Below, piece by piece: positions 1 to 5,986 of a stretch of DNA of 13,079 nucleotides. The DNA lies in NCBI GenBank assembly GCA_965662845.1, contig CBFIJD010000058.1:1-13079 (forward strand). Direction: 5' to 3'. A model generated the notes under the pieces. The model saw only the letters and a list, made by a program, of their open reading frames with translations. It did not search any database and was not told the DNA's origin. The position numbers were made by a program, and so were the translations under genes. The DNA is from an uncultured bacterium (GTDB taxonomy: Bacteria; SAR324; NAC60-12). Each line of letters starts with the position of its first letter. Positions within the stretch are counted from its first letter, which is position 1.

Positions 1-131
1 TCGTCGTCGCTCCACTCGATGGGAGCGAACTCATGGACCTGATGCCCTTGCGGGATGACGCCAGCTTTGCGCCAGCGCCGGATTGTGTCCTGCGAGACCC
101 GCAGGAGCGAGGAGATCTGTTGGGTGGTCAT
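1..131 (-). CDS. Excisionase/AlpA/MerR-like winged-HTH DNA-binding protein (partial, runs off the left edge)
   Basis: Not in the ORF track. ATG at 131, 5 nt after the upstream stop, reads MTTQQISSLLRVSQDTIRRWRKAGVIPQGHQVHEFAPIEWSDD... This fits the HTH_17-type pattern (xTxxExAxxLxVSxxTIxRWxxxGxIP). Confidence 0.8.
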   Translation of the reverse strand, partial: MTTQQISSLLRVSQDTIRRWRKAGVIPQGHQVHEFAPIEWSDD

Positions 132-136
132 GCTAA

Positions 137-541
137 TTAGACTGAATGCGGCACAAAGCCGAGGTGGCGGAAAACCGCCGTTTTGCGGACTGTCCCGTCC
201 GGGAGGGGCTCTTCCACGCTCTCCCGTCGGGAAAACGCGTAGAGGGCTTGAATGTCAGCGCCCGCCAGCTCGTTGGCGAGCACGGGCATAAAAAAGGGCG
301 CCCCGCCAATCATGGCGGAGGTAAAGTGAGGGGACTCCCCATCGGGGTCGACGGGGTGCCAGTCGGCATAGTCGATCAGGTCGACTATCGACATAGCCCG
401 CTCGACAAGCTCCCCCTGAGTCGGGAGTTCGTCGAACGTGAGCAGTCGTTGCAACTGCTCACGGTGACCTTCGGGTAGGTCAAACACGCCCGCCTTGACC
501 TGCTCTGGTGATGCGGGGTGTTGGGTGAGGTTGAGGATCAT
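137..541 (-). CDS. Small alpha/beta protein resembling Csx20/CARF-fold ring nucleases (134 aa)
   Basis: Strong RBS (AAGGAG, 5 nt before ATG). Motifs LNLTQHxxSPEQ, AMIGG, YAFSRRES.E and RKTAVFRHLGF parallel the Csx20 pattern as I recall it. The CDS is confident and the function is inferred. Confidence 0.6.
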   Translation of the reverse strand: MILNLTQHPASPEQVKAGVFDLPEGHREQLQRLLTFDELPTQGELVERAMSIVDLIDYADWHPVDPDGESPHFTSAMIGGAPFFMPVLANELAGADIQALYAFSRRESVEEPLPDGTVRKTAVFRHLGFVPHSV

Positions 542-550
542 TTTTCTCCT

Positions 551-1057
551 TTACAATCGGCCTGAGTTTTTTAGGAACGCGACGGCATCCTTGGCCGTCA
601 TTGTTTTGATCCGACTCTTCGGGTCATAGAAGGATTTGCGAGAAGGATGAAACCGAACTTTTTGATTTGGATATTTCCGAAGGTGGTCAACGACGCTTTC
701 AGGCGACCAGTCCTCCCAGTTCCCTGCGACAGGCTCAAGCACTTCAAGCCCTTTTCGGCCTACCAGCACCAGCTCGTGGGTGTGCTCGATTTCGGGAGCA
801 GGTTCAGGCTCAGGCTTCTGAGCAACAGTCGGTGTCGCTGGAGTGGTGGCCGCTTCGGCGGACTGTGCGGCGAGGATCTTTTGCGCTTCGCTAGGAAGCG
901 CCTCTTCCAACTCCGCCTCGTGCGGAGGGAGGATGAGTTTGGCAGCCTTTGCTTCTTCCGAAGCAGCTTGGGCTGCCGCCCAAGCGTTTGCGCGGCCTCG
1001 TGCCGCTTCCTCGCGGGGGTCGTGTCCCCCCGCAAATGCGCTTGTTAAGTGTCCCAT
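551..1057 (-). CDS. Hypothetical early protein (Ala-rich N-terminus, Pro/Glu/Thr linker, small C-terminal domain)
   Basis: ORF track gives 551..1063. The second ATG (1057) has better spacing from GGAG (7 nt). The stop sits just before the RBS of the next gene. Confidence 0.8.
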   Translation of the reverse strand: MGHLTSAFAGGHDPREEAARGRANAWAAAQAASEEAKAAKLILPPHEAELEEALPSEAQKILAAQSAEAATTPATPTVAQKPEPEPAPEIEHTHELVLVGRKGLEVLEPVAGNWEDWSPESVVDHLRKYPNQKVRFHPSRKSFYDPKSRIKTMTAKDAVAFLKNSGRL

Positions 1058-1524
1058 TGTCATTCTCCGGTGGTTGTTGGTTTATGCCCCCGAAAGGGCG
1101 TTGGTTAGTTGGGGCAATGTGGTCTACTTCTCGTCCGTGGCGTAGGGGTAGCGGTACTCCTCTTCCTCTGGGTATGAGTCTTCCTCGCGGTACGCCCCTG
1201 TGCCGAACGGTTCGAGGTCATCGAACGCCCCCGCAACTTTCTGCTCCTCCAACTCTAAATCCTCGCGGAGGGATTCGAGGTAGCCTTGGTAGTCTTCAAT
1301 AGACATCCCTGCGCAGTGAGCGCGGGCCTCTTGCGAGTTAAGTGCAGCTCGGTGGACGCCCACGGGTGAGGACTCCACCCAGCGGTCGCGCTCGGTGGGG
1401 GTTTGAAAGACCTTCAGGTCTCCTGCGATACTCATGCGACCTGTGCTGGGGTTGGACTCCCCGCATGTTGTTCGCCGTCCTGCTGTGTATTGGAATCCGT
1501 AATAGTTCATTGTCATCTCTCCGG
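1055..1524 (-). repeat. Two dispersed copies of a translation-start motif CCGGAGA(G)ATGACAATG (1055-1070 and 1508-1524)
   Basis: Minus strand reads ccggagaatgacaatg and ccggagagatgacaatg. Both copies are preceded by A/C-rich tracts. Confidence 0.8.
1124..1510 (-). CDS. Hypothetical early protein with a very acidic, Tyr-rich C-terminal tail
   Basis: ORF track gives 1124..1516. The second ATG (1510) is 8 nt from GGAG. C-terminus is ...YREEDSYPEEEEYRYPYATDEK. Confidence 0.8.
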   Translation of the reverse strand: MNYYGFQYTAGRRTTCGESNPSTGRMSIAGDLKVFQTPTERDRWVESSPVGVHRAALNSQEARAHCAGMSIEDYQGYLESLREDLELEEQKVAGAFDDLEPFGTGAYREEDSYPEEEEYRYPYATDEK

Positions 1525-1587
1525 GTTTTAGTTTGCCTGTCCCTTGAACTCGCTGGCGGAATTACCTGCGGGCGGGGTCGGCGGGGG

Positions 1588-1764
1588 TTAGTCTAGCACA
1601 TCCAGCACGGAGCGGATGTGCTCAAGGGTCTGGGCGTCCTCCTTTTCTCGGAGGGCCCGTGCGGCGGCGGCTTCCTTGTCCGCCGCCAGTTGCTCGGAGA
1701 TCAGCCCCAGAAGGAACTTGATCTCCCTGAGATCTTGTTGGATCTCAAACTGCTCGTCCTGCAC
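1588..1764 (-). CDS. Small helical hypothetical protein (58 aa), first gene of the leftward operon
   Basis: Not in the ORF track. GTG at 1764 follows AAGG and TAA is at 1590-1588. Sequence: MQDEQFEIQQDLREIKFLLGLISEQLAADKEAAAARALREKEDAQTLEHIRSVLDVLD. Third codon positions are GC-rich and the protein looks amphipathic-helical, with no HTH. Confidence 0.65.
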   Translation of the reverse strand: MQDEQFEIQQDLREIKFLLGLISEQLAADKEAAAARALREKEDAQTLEHIRSVLDVLD

Positions 1765-1851
1765 GATTACCTTTTGGGCATGATCAATTCCCTAGCGTCA
1801 GGAAATTGATAGGAACATTAGTTGCTAGTGCCTAGCAGCCTAGCTGCTAGG
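1595..1851 (-). ncRNA. Candidate structured leader RNA: seven consecutive stem-loops
   Basis: Inverted repeats at 1595-1622, 1632-1658, 1663-1687, 1696-1726, 1728-1747, 1783-1810 and 1831-1851. G-U pairs in two stems favour the minus-strand transcript, and the array begins at the predicted TSS. Confidence 0.5.
1831..1851. promoter_or_regulatory. Perfect palindrome CCTAGCAGC-cta-GCTGCTAGG, candidate repressor operator (or first leader hairpin)
   Basis: 9-bp inverted repeat in the divergent region upstream of the repressor, just downstream of the leftward -10. A related TTAGTTGCTAG lies at 1818-1828. Confidence 0.55.
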
Positions 1852-1860
1852 TTGGTGCAT

Positions 1861-1889
1861 AAAATAATCACTAAGAAAAATTAAGTCAA
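1861..1889 (-). promoter_or_regulatory. Sigma70-type leftward (early) promoter
   Basis: Minus strand TTGACT (1889-1884), 17-nt spacer, TATTTT (1866-1861), in a strongly AT-rich stretch. Confidence 0.7.
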
Positions 1890-1899
1890 GGACTAATTT

Positions 1900-2553
1900 A
1901 TGGAAAAAGTTGAGGTGAGCCCTGAAATCGGGAGGGCGATCATGCTCGCAAGGAAACGTAATCGCTGGAGCCAGCATGATCTGGCGAAACAACTGAACTG
2001 GGGGACGCAGGGACAGACGCTAATTTCCAGACTAGAAAAGGGAAATACACGGACAGACCCAGAGAAAATAAACGCTATTTTAGACTTTTTAGACATCAGG
2101 CAGGACGCCCACAGCGCTCAGGACGAGCCGAGAGTTATGGAGGTTCTGTCAGTCGCGTACCGAGAACTACCGCTATACGACCTCAGGGTGAGCGCGGGGT
2201 TTGGCGCCTACTCTGCGGGCCACGAGTCCATTCTCGAGCGCCTGCAGCTCCCCCGTCTGTTCCTCCCTGAGAACGGAGACTTGGGCTTAGTCCGAGTCGA
2301 GGGCGACTCCATGTTCCCGACGATCAACCACGGGGACTACGTCGCTGTCGAGTTCAACTCCGGGTACACCGCTGACGGGCTGTACCTGATCCGCATCGAG
2401 GACGCTGTGTTCGTAAAACGTCTGCAGCAAAAATTCGGGGGCCTGCGGGTGATCAGCGACAACCGACAGTATGAGGATCTGCTCATCACAGAAGCGACGG
2501 CGGAGGATTTTTCGCTGATAGGACGAGTCGCGCTAATCGTGAGGAAAACATGA
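1900..2553 (+). CDS. CI-like phage repressor (XRE HTH + S24 autopeptidase)
   Basis: N-terminal HTH (ARKRNRWSQHDLAKQL...QTLISRLEKG), Ala-Gly cleavage site VSAG, catalytic Ser in GDSM and Lys in FVKRL. RBS AAGGA. Confidence 0.95.
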   Translation: MEKVEVSPEIGRAIMLARKRNRWSQHDLAKQLNWGTQGQTLISRLEKGNTRTDPEKINAILDFLDIRQDAHSAQDEPRVMEVLSVAYRELPLYDLRVSAGFGAYSAGHESILERLQLPRLFLPENGDLGLVRVEGDSMFPTINHGDYVAVEFNSGYTADGLYLIRIEDAVFVKRLQQKFGGLRVISDNRQYEDLLITEATAEDFSLIGRVALIVRKT

Positions 2554-3614
2554 AAAAGCCGATCCTTTACGATAAACGCAACCGCGTGTTTACCGCGAAT
2601 TTCCGAGTGGACGGGAGGCAGCACCGGCCCTCGCTGATCACCAGAGACGAATATGAGCGCCTACCTGAGGCAGACCGAGAGTCTGTGCTGTTGTCGTTAT
2701 GGAAGAAGGCTAAGGCAAGATTCGAGAGGCAGATGCAGGAGCGTGAGGAGTCGGGGGAGCTCCTCGCGGATCTCGCGGAGGAGTGGTTGTCGTCGGTCGC
2801 CAGCGCACGGGACGCGAAAACGGTCGCGCACTACCGACTCGACGTCCAACGGTTCTTGGAGGTTGCCCCTGCTCGATCTGGTCAGCTGACGTCGTCGGTT
2901 CAGCAGCCCTACTACGAGCACCTGAGGGAGCTGGGTCTGTCTGAGTCCAGCATCAACTCGTCGGTGAGGTCTGTGCGAGTGTTCCTCCGTTGGTTGAACG
3001 AACGCCAGCTGCTGAGGCACCCGGTGACGTTGAAGGCGCTGCGGGTCGTGAAAAAACAACCTCAGATCTACACCCCTGAGCAGATTCAGCAGATGCTGGC
3101 GTTCTGCGGTGAAACACCAGGTCGGAGGTACGTGTTATTGAGGCGAGCGATCTGGGTGCTCAGCCAGACGGGGATGCGTGGAGGGGAGCTGCTGAACCTG
3201 AGGTGGGAGTCGGTGCAGGGCGACAGAATCCGGATCGTGAGCAGCGAGACATGGAAAGTGAAATCGAGGAGAGATGCGTGGGTGCCTGTCTCTCCGAGAC
3301 TCCGAGAGGAGATGCAGTCGTGGGATCGAGGAGGAGAGGAATGGGTGCTGGATAAAGGAGACGGGAGCGGGCAGAGGCACTGGTCGCAGTTAGGGGAGTT
3401 GACGCGCAGCATGCGGGACGTCCAGCACCGCTGCGGGTGCCGTGGGCCCAAACCGCTGCATGGATTCCGTGCGGGTGTGGCGACGGAGCTGCTCCGGCAG
3501 GGAGCGAGTCCTGTGCATGTTCAGCGACTTCTGCGTCACGAGTCGATCAACACAACGATGGGCTACTTAGACCCTGAGGCTTTAGAAATTCAGAATTTGG
3601 TAAAAAATTTATAG
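2550..3614 (+). CDS. int: Tyrosine recombinase / phage integrase
   Basis: TGMRGGELLNL (catalytic R), KVKS (K), HGFR (HxxR), LLRH and TTMGY (catalytic Y). Short N-terminal beta-rich arm-binding-like segment. Adjacent to the att core. Confidence 0.96.
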   Translation: MKKPILYDKRNRVFTANFRVDGRQHRPSLITRDEYERLPEADRESVLLSLWKKAKARFERQMQEREESGELLADLAEEWLSSVASARDAKTVAHYRLDVQRFLEVAPARSGQLTSSVQQPYYEHLRELGLSESSINSSVRSVRVFLRWLNERQLLRHPVTLKALRVVKKQPQIYTPEQIQQMLAFCGETPGRRYVLLRRAIWVLSQTGMRGGELLNLRWESVQGDRIRIVSSETWKVKSRRDAWVPVSPRLREEMQSWDRGGEEWVLDKGDGSGQRHWSQLGELTRSMRDVQHRCGCRGPKPLHGFRAGVATELLRQGASPVHVQRLLRHESINTTMGYLDPEALEIQNLVKNL

Positions 3615-3628
3615 TCAGGAGGCGTTGT

Positions 3629-3648
3629 TTATCGCAAGCTATCGCAAG
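3629..3648 (+). repeat. Tandem TATCGCAAG x2, candidate integrase arm-type sites (related copies at 3798-3807 and, inverted, 3787-3794)
   Basis: ttatcgcaag ctatcgcaag lies left of the core. ttgtcgcaag and the reverse complement ttgccgca lie right of it. Confidence 0.6.
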
Positions 3649-3691
3649 TTTTTTTGGGCTGTTCTGAATCCCCGCAAACCCGCATGGTTGC

Positions 3692-3737
3692 TGGCTCCCC
3701 AAGCTGGACTCGAACCAGCGACCCACTGATTAACAGT
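3692..3737 (-). other. attP core: 46-bp 3' half of tRNA-Asn(GTT)
   Basis: Minus strand ACTGTTAATCAGTGGGTCGCTGGTTCGAGTCCAGCTTGGGGAGCCA. This gives anticodon loop CTGTTAA, variable loop, T-arm GCTGG-TTCGAGT-CCAGC, acceptor 3' strand, discriminator G and CCA. The 5' half (D arm, 5' acceptor strand) is absent. It lies 77 bp after the integrase stop. Confidence 0.92.
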
Positions 3738-3754
3738 TAAGGCTCTGCGAGGGC

Positions 3755-3767
3755 TAAGTCGCTGATT
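3755..3767 (-). promoter_or_regulatory. IHF-binding site in the attP arm
   Basis: Minus strand AATCAGCGACTTA matches WATCARNNNNTTR and lies between the core and the arm-type repeats. Confidence 0.65.
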
Positions 3768-3821
3768 TGCTTAGGTATTTTTTGAGTGCGGCAATTTTTG
3801 TCGCAAGCTCGGCACTTTTTG

Positions 3822-5981
3822 CTAGTCGTCGAACAGCAACCCCTGCAGAGGGCCTGCGACCGCCCCACGTGGGAGCGCAGAGATCCCATACTGACGGGCT
3901 CGCATGGCGTCGTCCTGCATGCGTTGGAGGGCCTGCAGCTGCTCGAGCGTGGGGTTGATGTTCTGAGGGCCCTGACGGAACAACAGAGGGGCCAGCTCGC
4001 GTTTGAGATCCTCCCGTCGTTCATCAAGAACGCGGTTTTCCATGGCACCGATGAAGTTCCGTAATGCCCCTGAGGGGCTCGCCAACTCTGCGATAGACCC
4101 GGAGCTGTCCAGCATCTCTCTGTCGACGGACATTCGTGGTTGTGTCTGGGAGCCTCCTCCTAAATTCGCAACCTCGGCTAACTGGGCCTCGGCCTCAACC
4201 CGCGCTCGGAACCTGTTAAACTCATCCTCGTTGGGGAACACCACCCGCAGTTTTCCCATCGTCTCATCGTTCTGGAAATCTCTAGCGAGGTTTGGAGACG
4301 CCGCAGGGTTCTTTCTCCATTTCCGCAACAGAGCCTCAACCAGCCCAGAGCGATAGGCGTCTCGTTTCAGCCCGTCGGGGAGCGACTCGAATTTTTTTTG
4401 CACTTTATAGGGAGTCATGGAGTTAGCCGTGAGGTCTCGCATCCCTTCCTCAAACTCGTCCTCGCCCATGCCCTCTGCGTACAACCGCCGTGCCTGTTGG
4501 TACTCCGGAACCTGCCTCCCAGCGTCCTCCAGCGCGCGGTTCTGCAGAGTCCTCAGGTTCCCCAGATCGTTCGCGTCCACGGACGCCTGCTGGTTCGCAC
4601 GGTCGAGGCCCTGCTGTTTCCGAACGGTTTTCTGGACTGCGTCCAGCGTCCGGATCTCCATCGGAGTTTTCGGTTCCGACGGATACGCACGCGGGGGGAG
4701 GTTCCCCACTTTGTCTGCGCGCTCTAGGTTCGGAACCTGAGTCTGATATGCCCTCTGCACGTAGGGGTCGGAGAGATAGTTCTCCAGATTCGGAGTGCTG
4801 AAAACCACACGAGGGTCTGCCTGTTCATATAAAGGTCTCGCCTCCCTGCGAGCGTTCGCTGCGATTGCTGCGATCTGCTCCTCCGTGAGTTGCTCCCCAG
4901 CAGTCGCCCCGAAATCCGATTGCAGGCGGTCAAAAATCCCGCTTTTCGCCTGACGAGGCCTAATCGTCTCGTTAAACACACTCCCTCCTGCTGTGTTCCC
5001 AACGACGACGTCTGCCTCGCGATATAACGCGGATTTCCCTGCTGGAGTCAGCCGAGTTGCGAGATCCGTGAGCGAGACGATCTCTCCACGCCCTAGCTCC
5101 TGAAACTCTGAGAGCGCGCGTTGGAAATCAGGGACGCTCAGGTTCCCCTCCTGCGTTTTTTTCAGCAGGTACTCCAAAGCCCGGCGTCGGTCAGGGGGGA
5201 GACCACTCATCTCAGGGAACGTGTCAAAGACGCGGCCCCCGCTCCCTCCGCCCAACACACGGTTCGCAGACTCCAGCACTCCCGCCACTGACTCACGCCC
5301 TTTCGCAGACGCATACGCGCGGGCGCCTAGCTCGCCGATTTTTTTAGCAGGCCACCCCATCACCCCACCGACGACACCGCCTCCTGCAGCGTCCTCTGCG
5401 ACCTGTTCACTGTCCGATCCAGAGAACGCGCTGTACGCTGCGGTGTCCGCTGCCCCGCTGATCGCGGCCTGTGCAGGACTGCTGGTAGCGATTCGTTGCG
5501 CGATTCTCCCCGCTCGGCTAGACCCCAGAGCCTGTGCCCCGCGTGCGACCCCTTTACTAAGCTGGGCTCCGGGGGAAACAGGAGCCATGAGCCCACCGGA
5601 GAGTCCAAGCATCGCTGCCTCGTTGGGGTTGTTCTGCTGGTAGTTCTCTCGCTCAACACGGATTTGGTCGCGCACATCCGAGATGGGGCGGTCTTCTAAA
5701 ACTGCTCGGAACACAGACTCCACGTCGTCTCCTAGCTCGAATGTAGCTCCAGCGAACCACTCCCGCATTTTATCGGTAATCCGTCCGTCCGCGTTTGTCT
5801 CAGCGCCACCAGTCGCCAGATACGTAATGGAGTCTCCAAACTGCTCGAAATCTCGGTATCCATTCAGGCGAGCGGCGGCATCCAACTGCTCAGGTCTCAA
5901 GGGAGGCAGGCCCTCCGATTCCCGCCGTCGCTGTTCCGCCAGCATTTCCTGCAGAACGCCCTGCGCGCGTGTTTTCGCCAT
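3822..5981 (-). CDS. Putative internal virion / DNA ejection protein 3 (719 aa)
   Basis: Long ORF ending the late operon. Gly/Ala-rich hydrophobic segments are followed by a charged helical body. No Cys or His. It is the third of three large genes after the tail nozzle gene. Confidence 0.7.
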   Translation of the reverse strand: MAKTRAQGVLQEMLAEQRRRESEGLPPLRPEQLDAAARLNGYRDFEQFGDSITYLATGGAETNADGRITDKMREWFAGATFELGDDVESVFRAVLEDRPISDVRDQIRVERENYQQNNPNEAAMLGLSGGLMAPVSPGAQLSKGVARGAQALGSSRAGRIAQRIATSSPAQAAISGAADTAAYSAFSGSDSEQVAEDAAGGGVVGGVMGWPAKKIGELGARAYASAKGRESVAGVLESANRVLGGGSGGRVFDTFPEMSGLPPDRRRALEYLLKKTQEGNLSVPDFQRALSEFQELGRGEIVSLTDLATRLTPAGKSALYREADVVVGNTAGGSVFNETIRPRQAKSGIFDRLQSDFGATAGEQLTEEQIAAIAANARREARPLYEQADPRVVFSTPNLENYLSDPYVQRAYQTQVPNLERADKVGNLPPRAYPSEPKTPMEIRTLDAVQKTVRKQQGLDRANQQASVDANDLGNLRTLQNRALEDAGRQVPEYQQARRLYAEGMGEDEFEEGMRDLTANSMTPYKVQKKFESLPDGLKRDAYRSGLVEALLRKWRKNPAASPNLARDFQNDETMGKLRVVFPNEDEFNRFRARVEAEAQLAEVANLGGGSQTQPRMSVDREMLDSSGSIAELASPSGALRNFIGAMENRVLDERREDLKRELAPLLFRQGPQNINPTLEQLQALQRMQDDAMRARQYGISALPRGAVAGPLQGLLFDD

Positions 5982-5986
5982 GTTTT

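Noticed and set aside
137..541. Assignment to AcrIII-1 (DUF1874) or the NLTPH-type Crn4 family
   Set aside because: Only the N-terminal NLTxH resembles the latter. The rest follows the Csx20-like pattern as I recall it, so no gene symbol is given without a search.
55..1596. Plus-strand ORFs over the early operon (55..291, 146..478, 647..1048, 843..1145, 949..1302, 1342..1596 and others)
   Set aside because: They are antisense shadows of RBS-bearing minus-strand genes in GC-rich DNA, with unprotein-like composition.
1618..1809. Plus-strand 63-aa ORF
   Set aside because: It is antisense to the better-supported 58-aa ORF and the leftward promoter, and has no convincing RBS.
1595..1851. CRISPR array or REP-type repeat array
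   Set aside because: The hairpins differ in sequence and there is no repeated unit with spacers.
1797..1860. Two further mini-ORFs in the leader (MHQPSS*, MFLSIS*)
   Set aside because: They have no SD, the first starts upstream of the predicted TSS, and both are likely chance.
1900..2553. Host LexA or UmuD
   Set aside because: The N-terminus is an XRE-type HTH rather than the LexA winged helix, and the context is a phage immunity region.
3692..3737. Prophage boundary (attL/attR)
   Set aside because: Both flanks carry phage genes (integrase and virion proteins), which fits attP.
3692..3770. Complete tRNA-Asn gene
   Set aside because: Only the anticodon loop to CCA is present. The upstream sequence cannot form the anticodon stem, D arm or 5' acceptor strand.
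3784..3820. Intrinsic terminator between int and the late operon
   Set aside because: The TGCGGCAA/TTGTCGCA stem is imperfect and not directly followed by a U-tract. It is equally explained as inverted arm-type sites, so it was not called.
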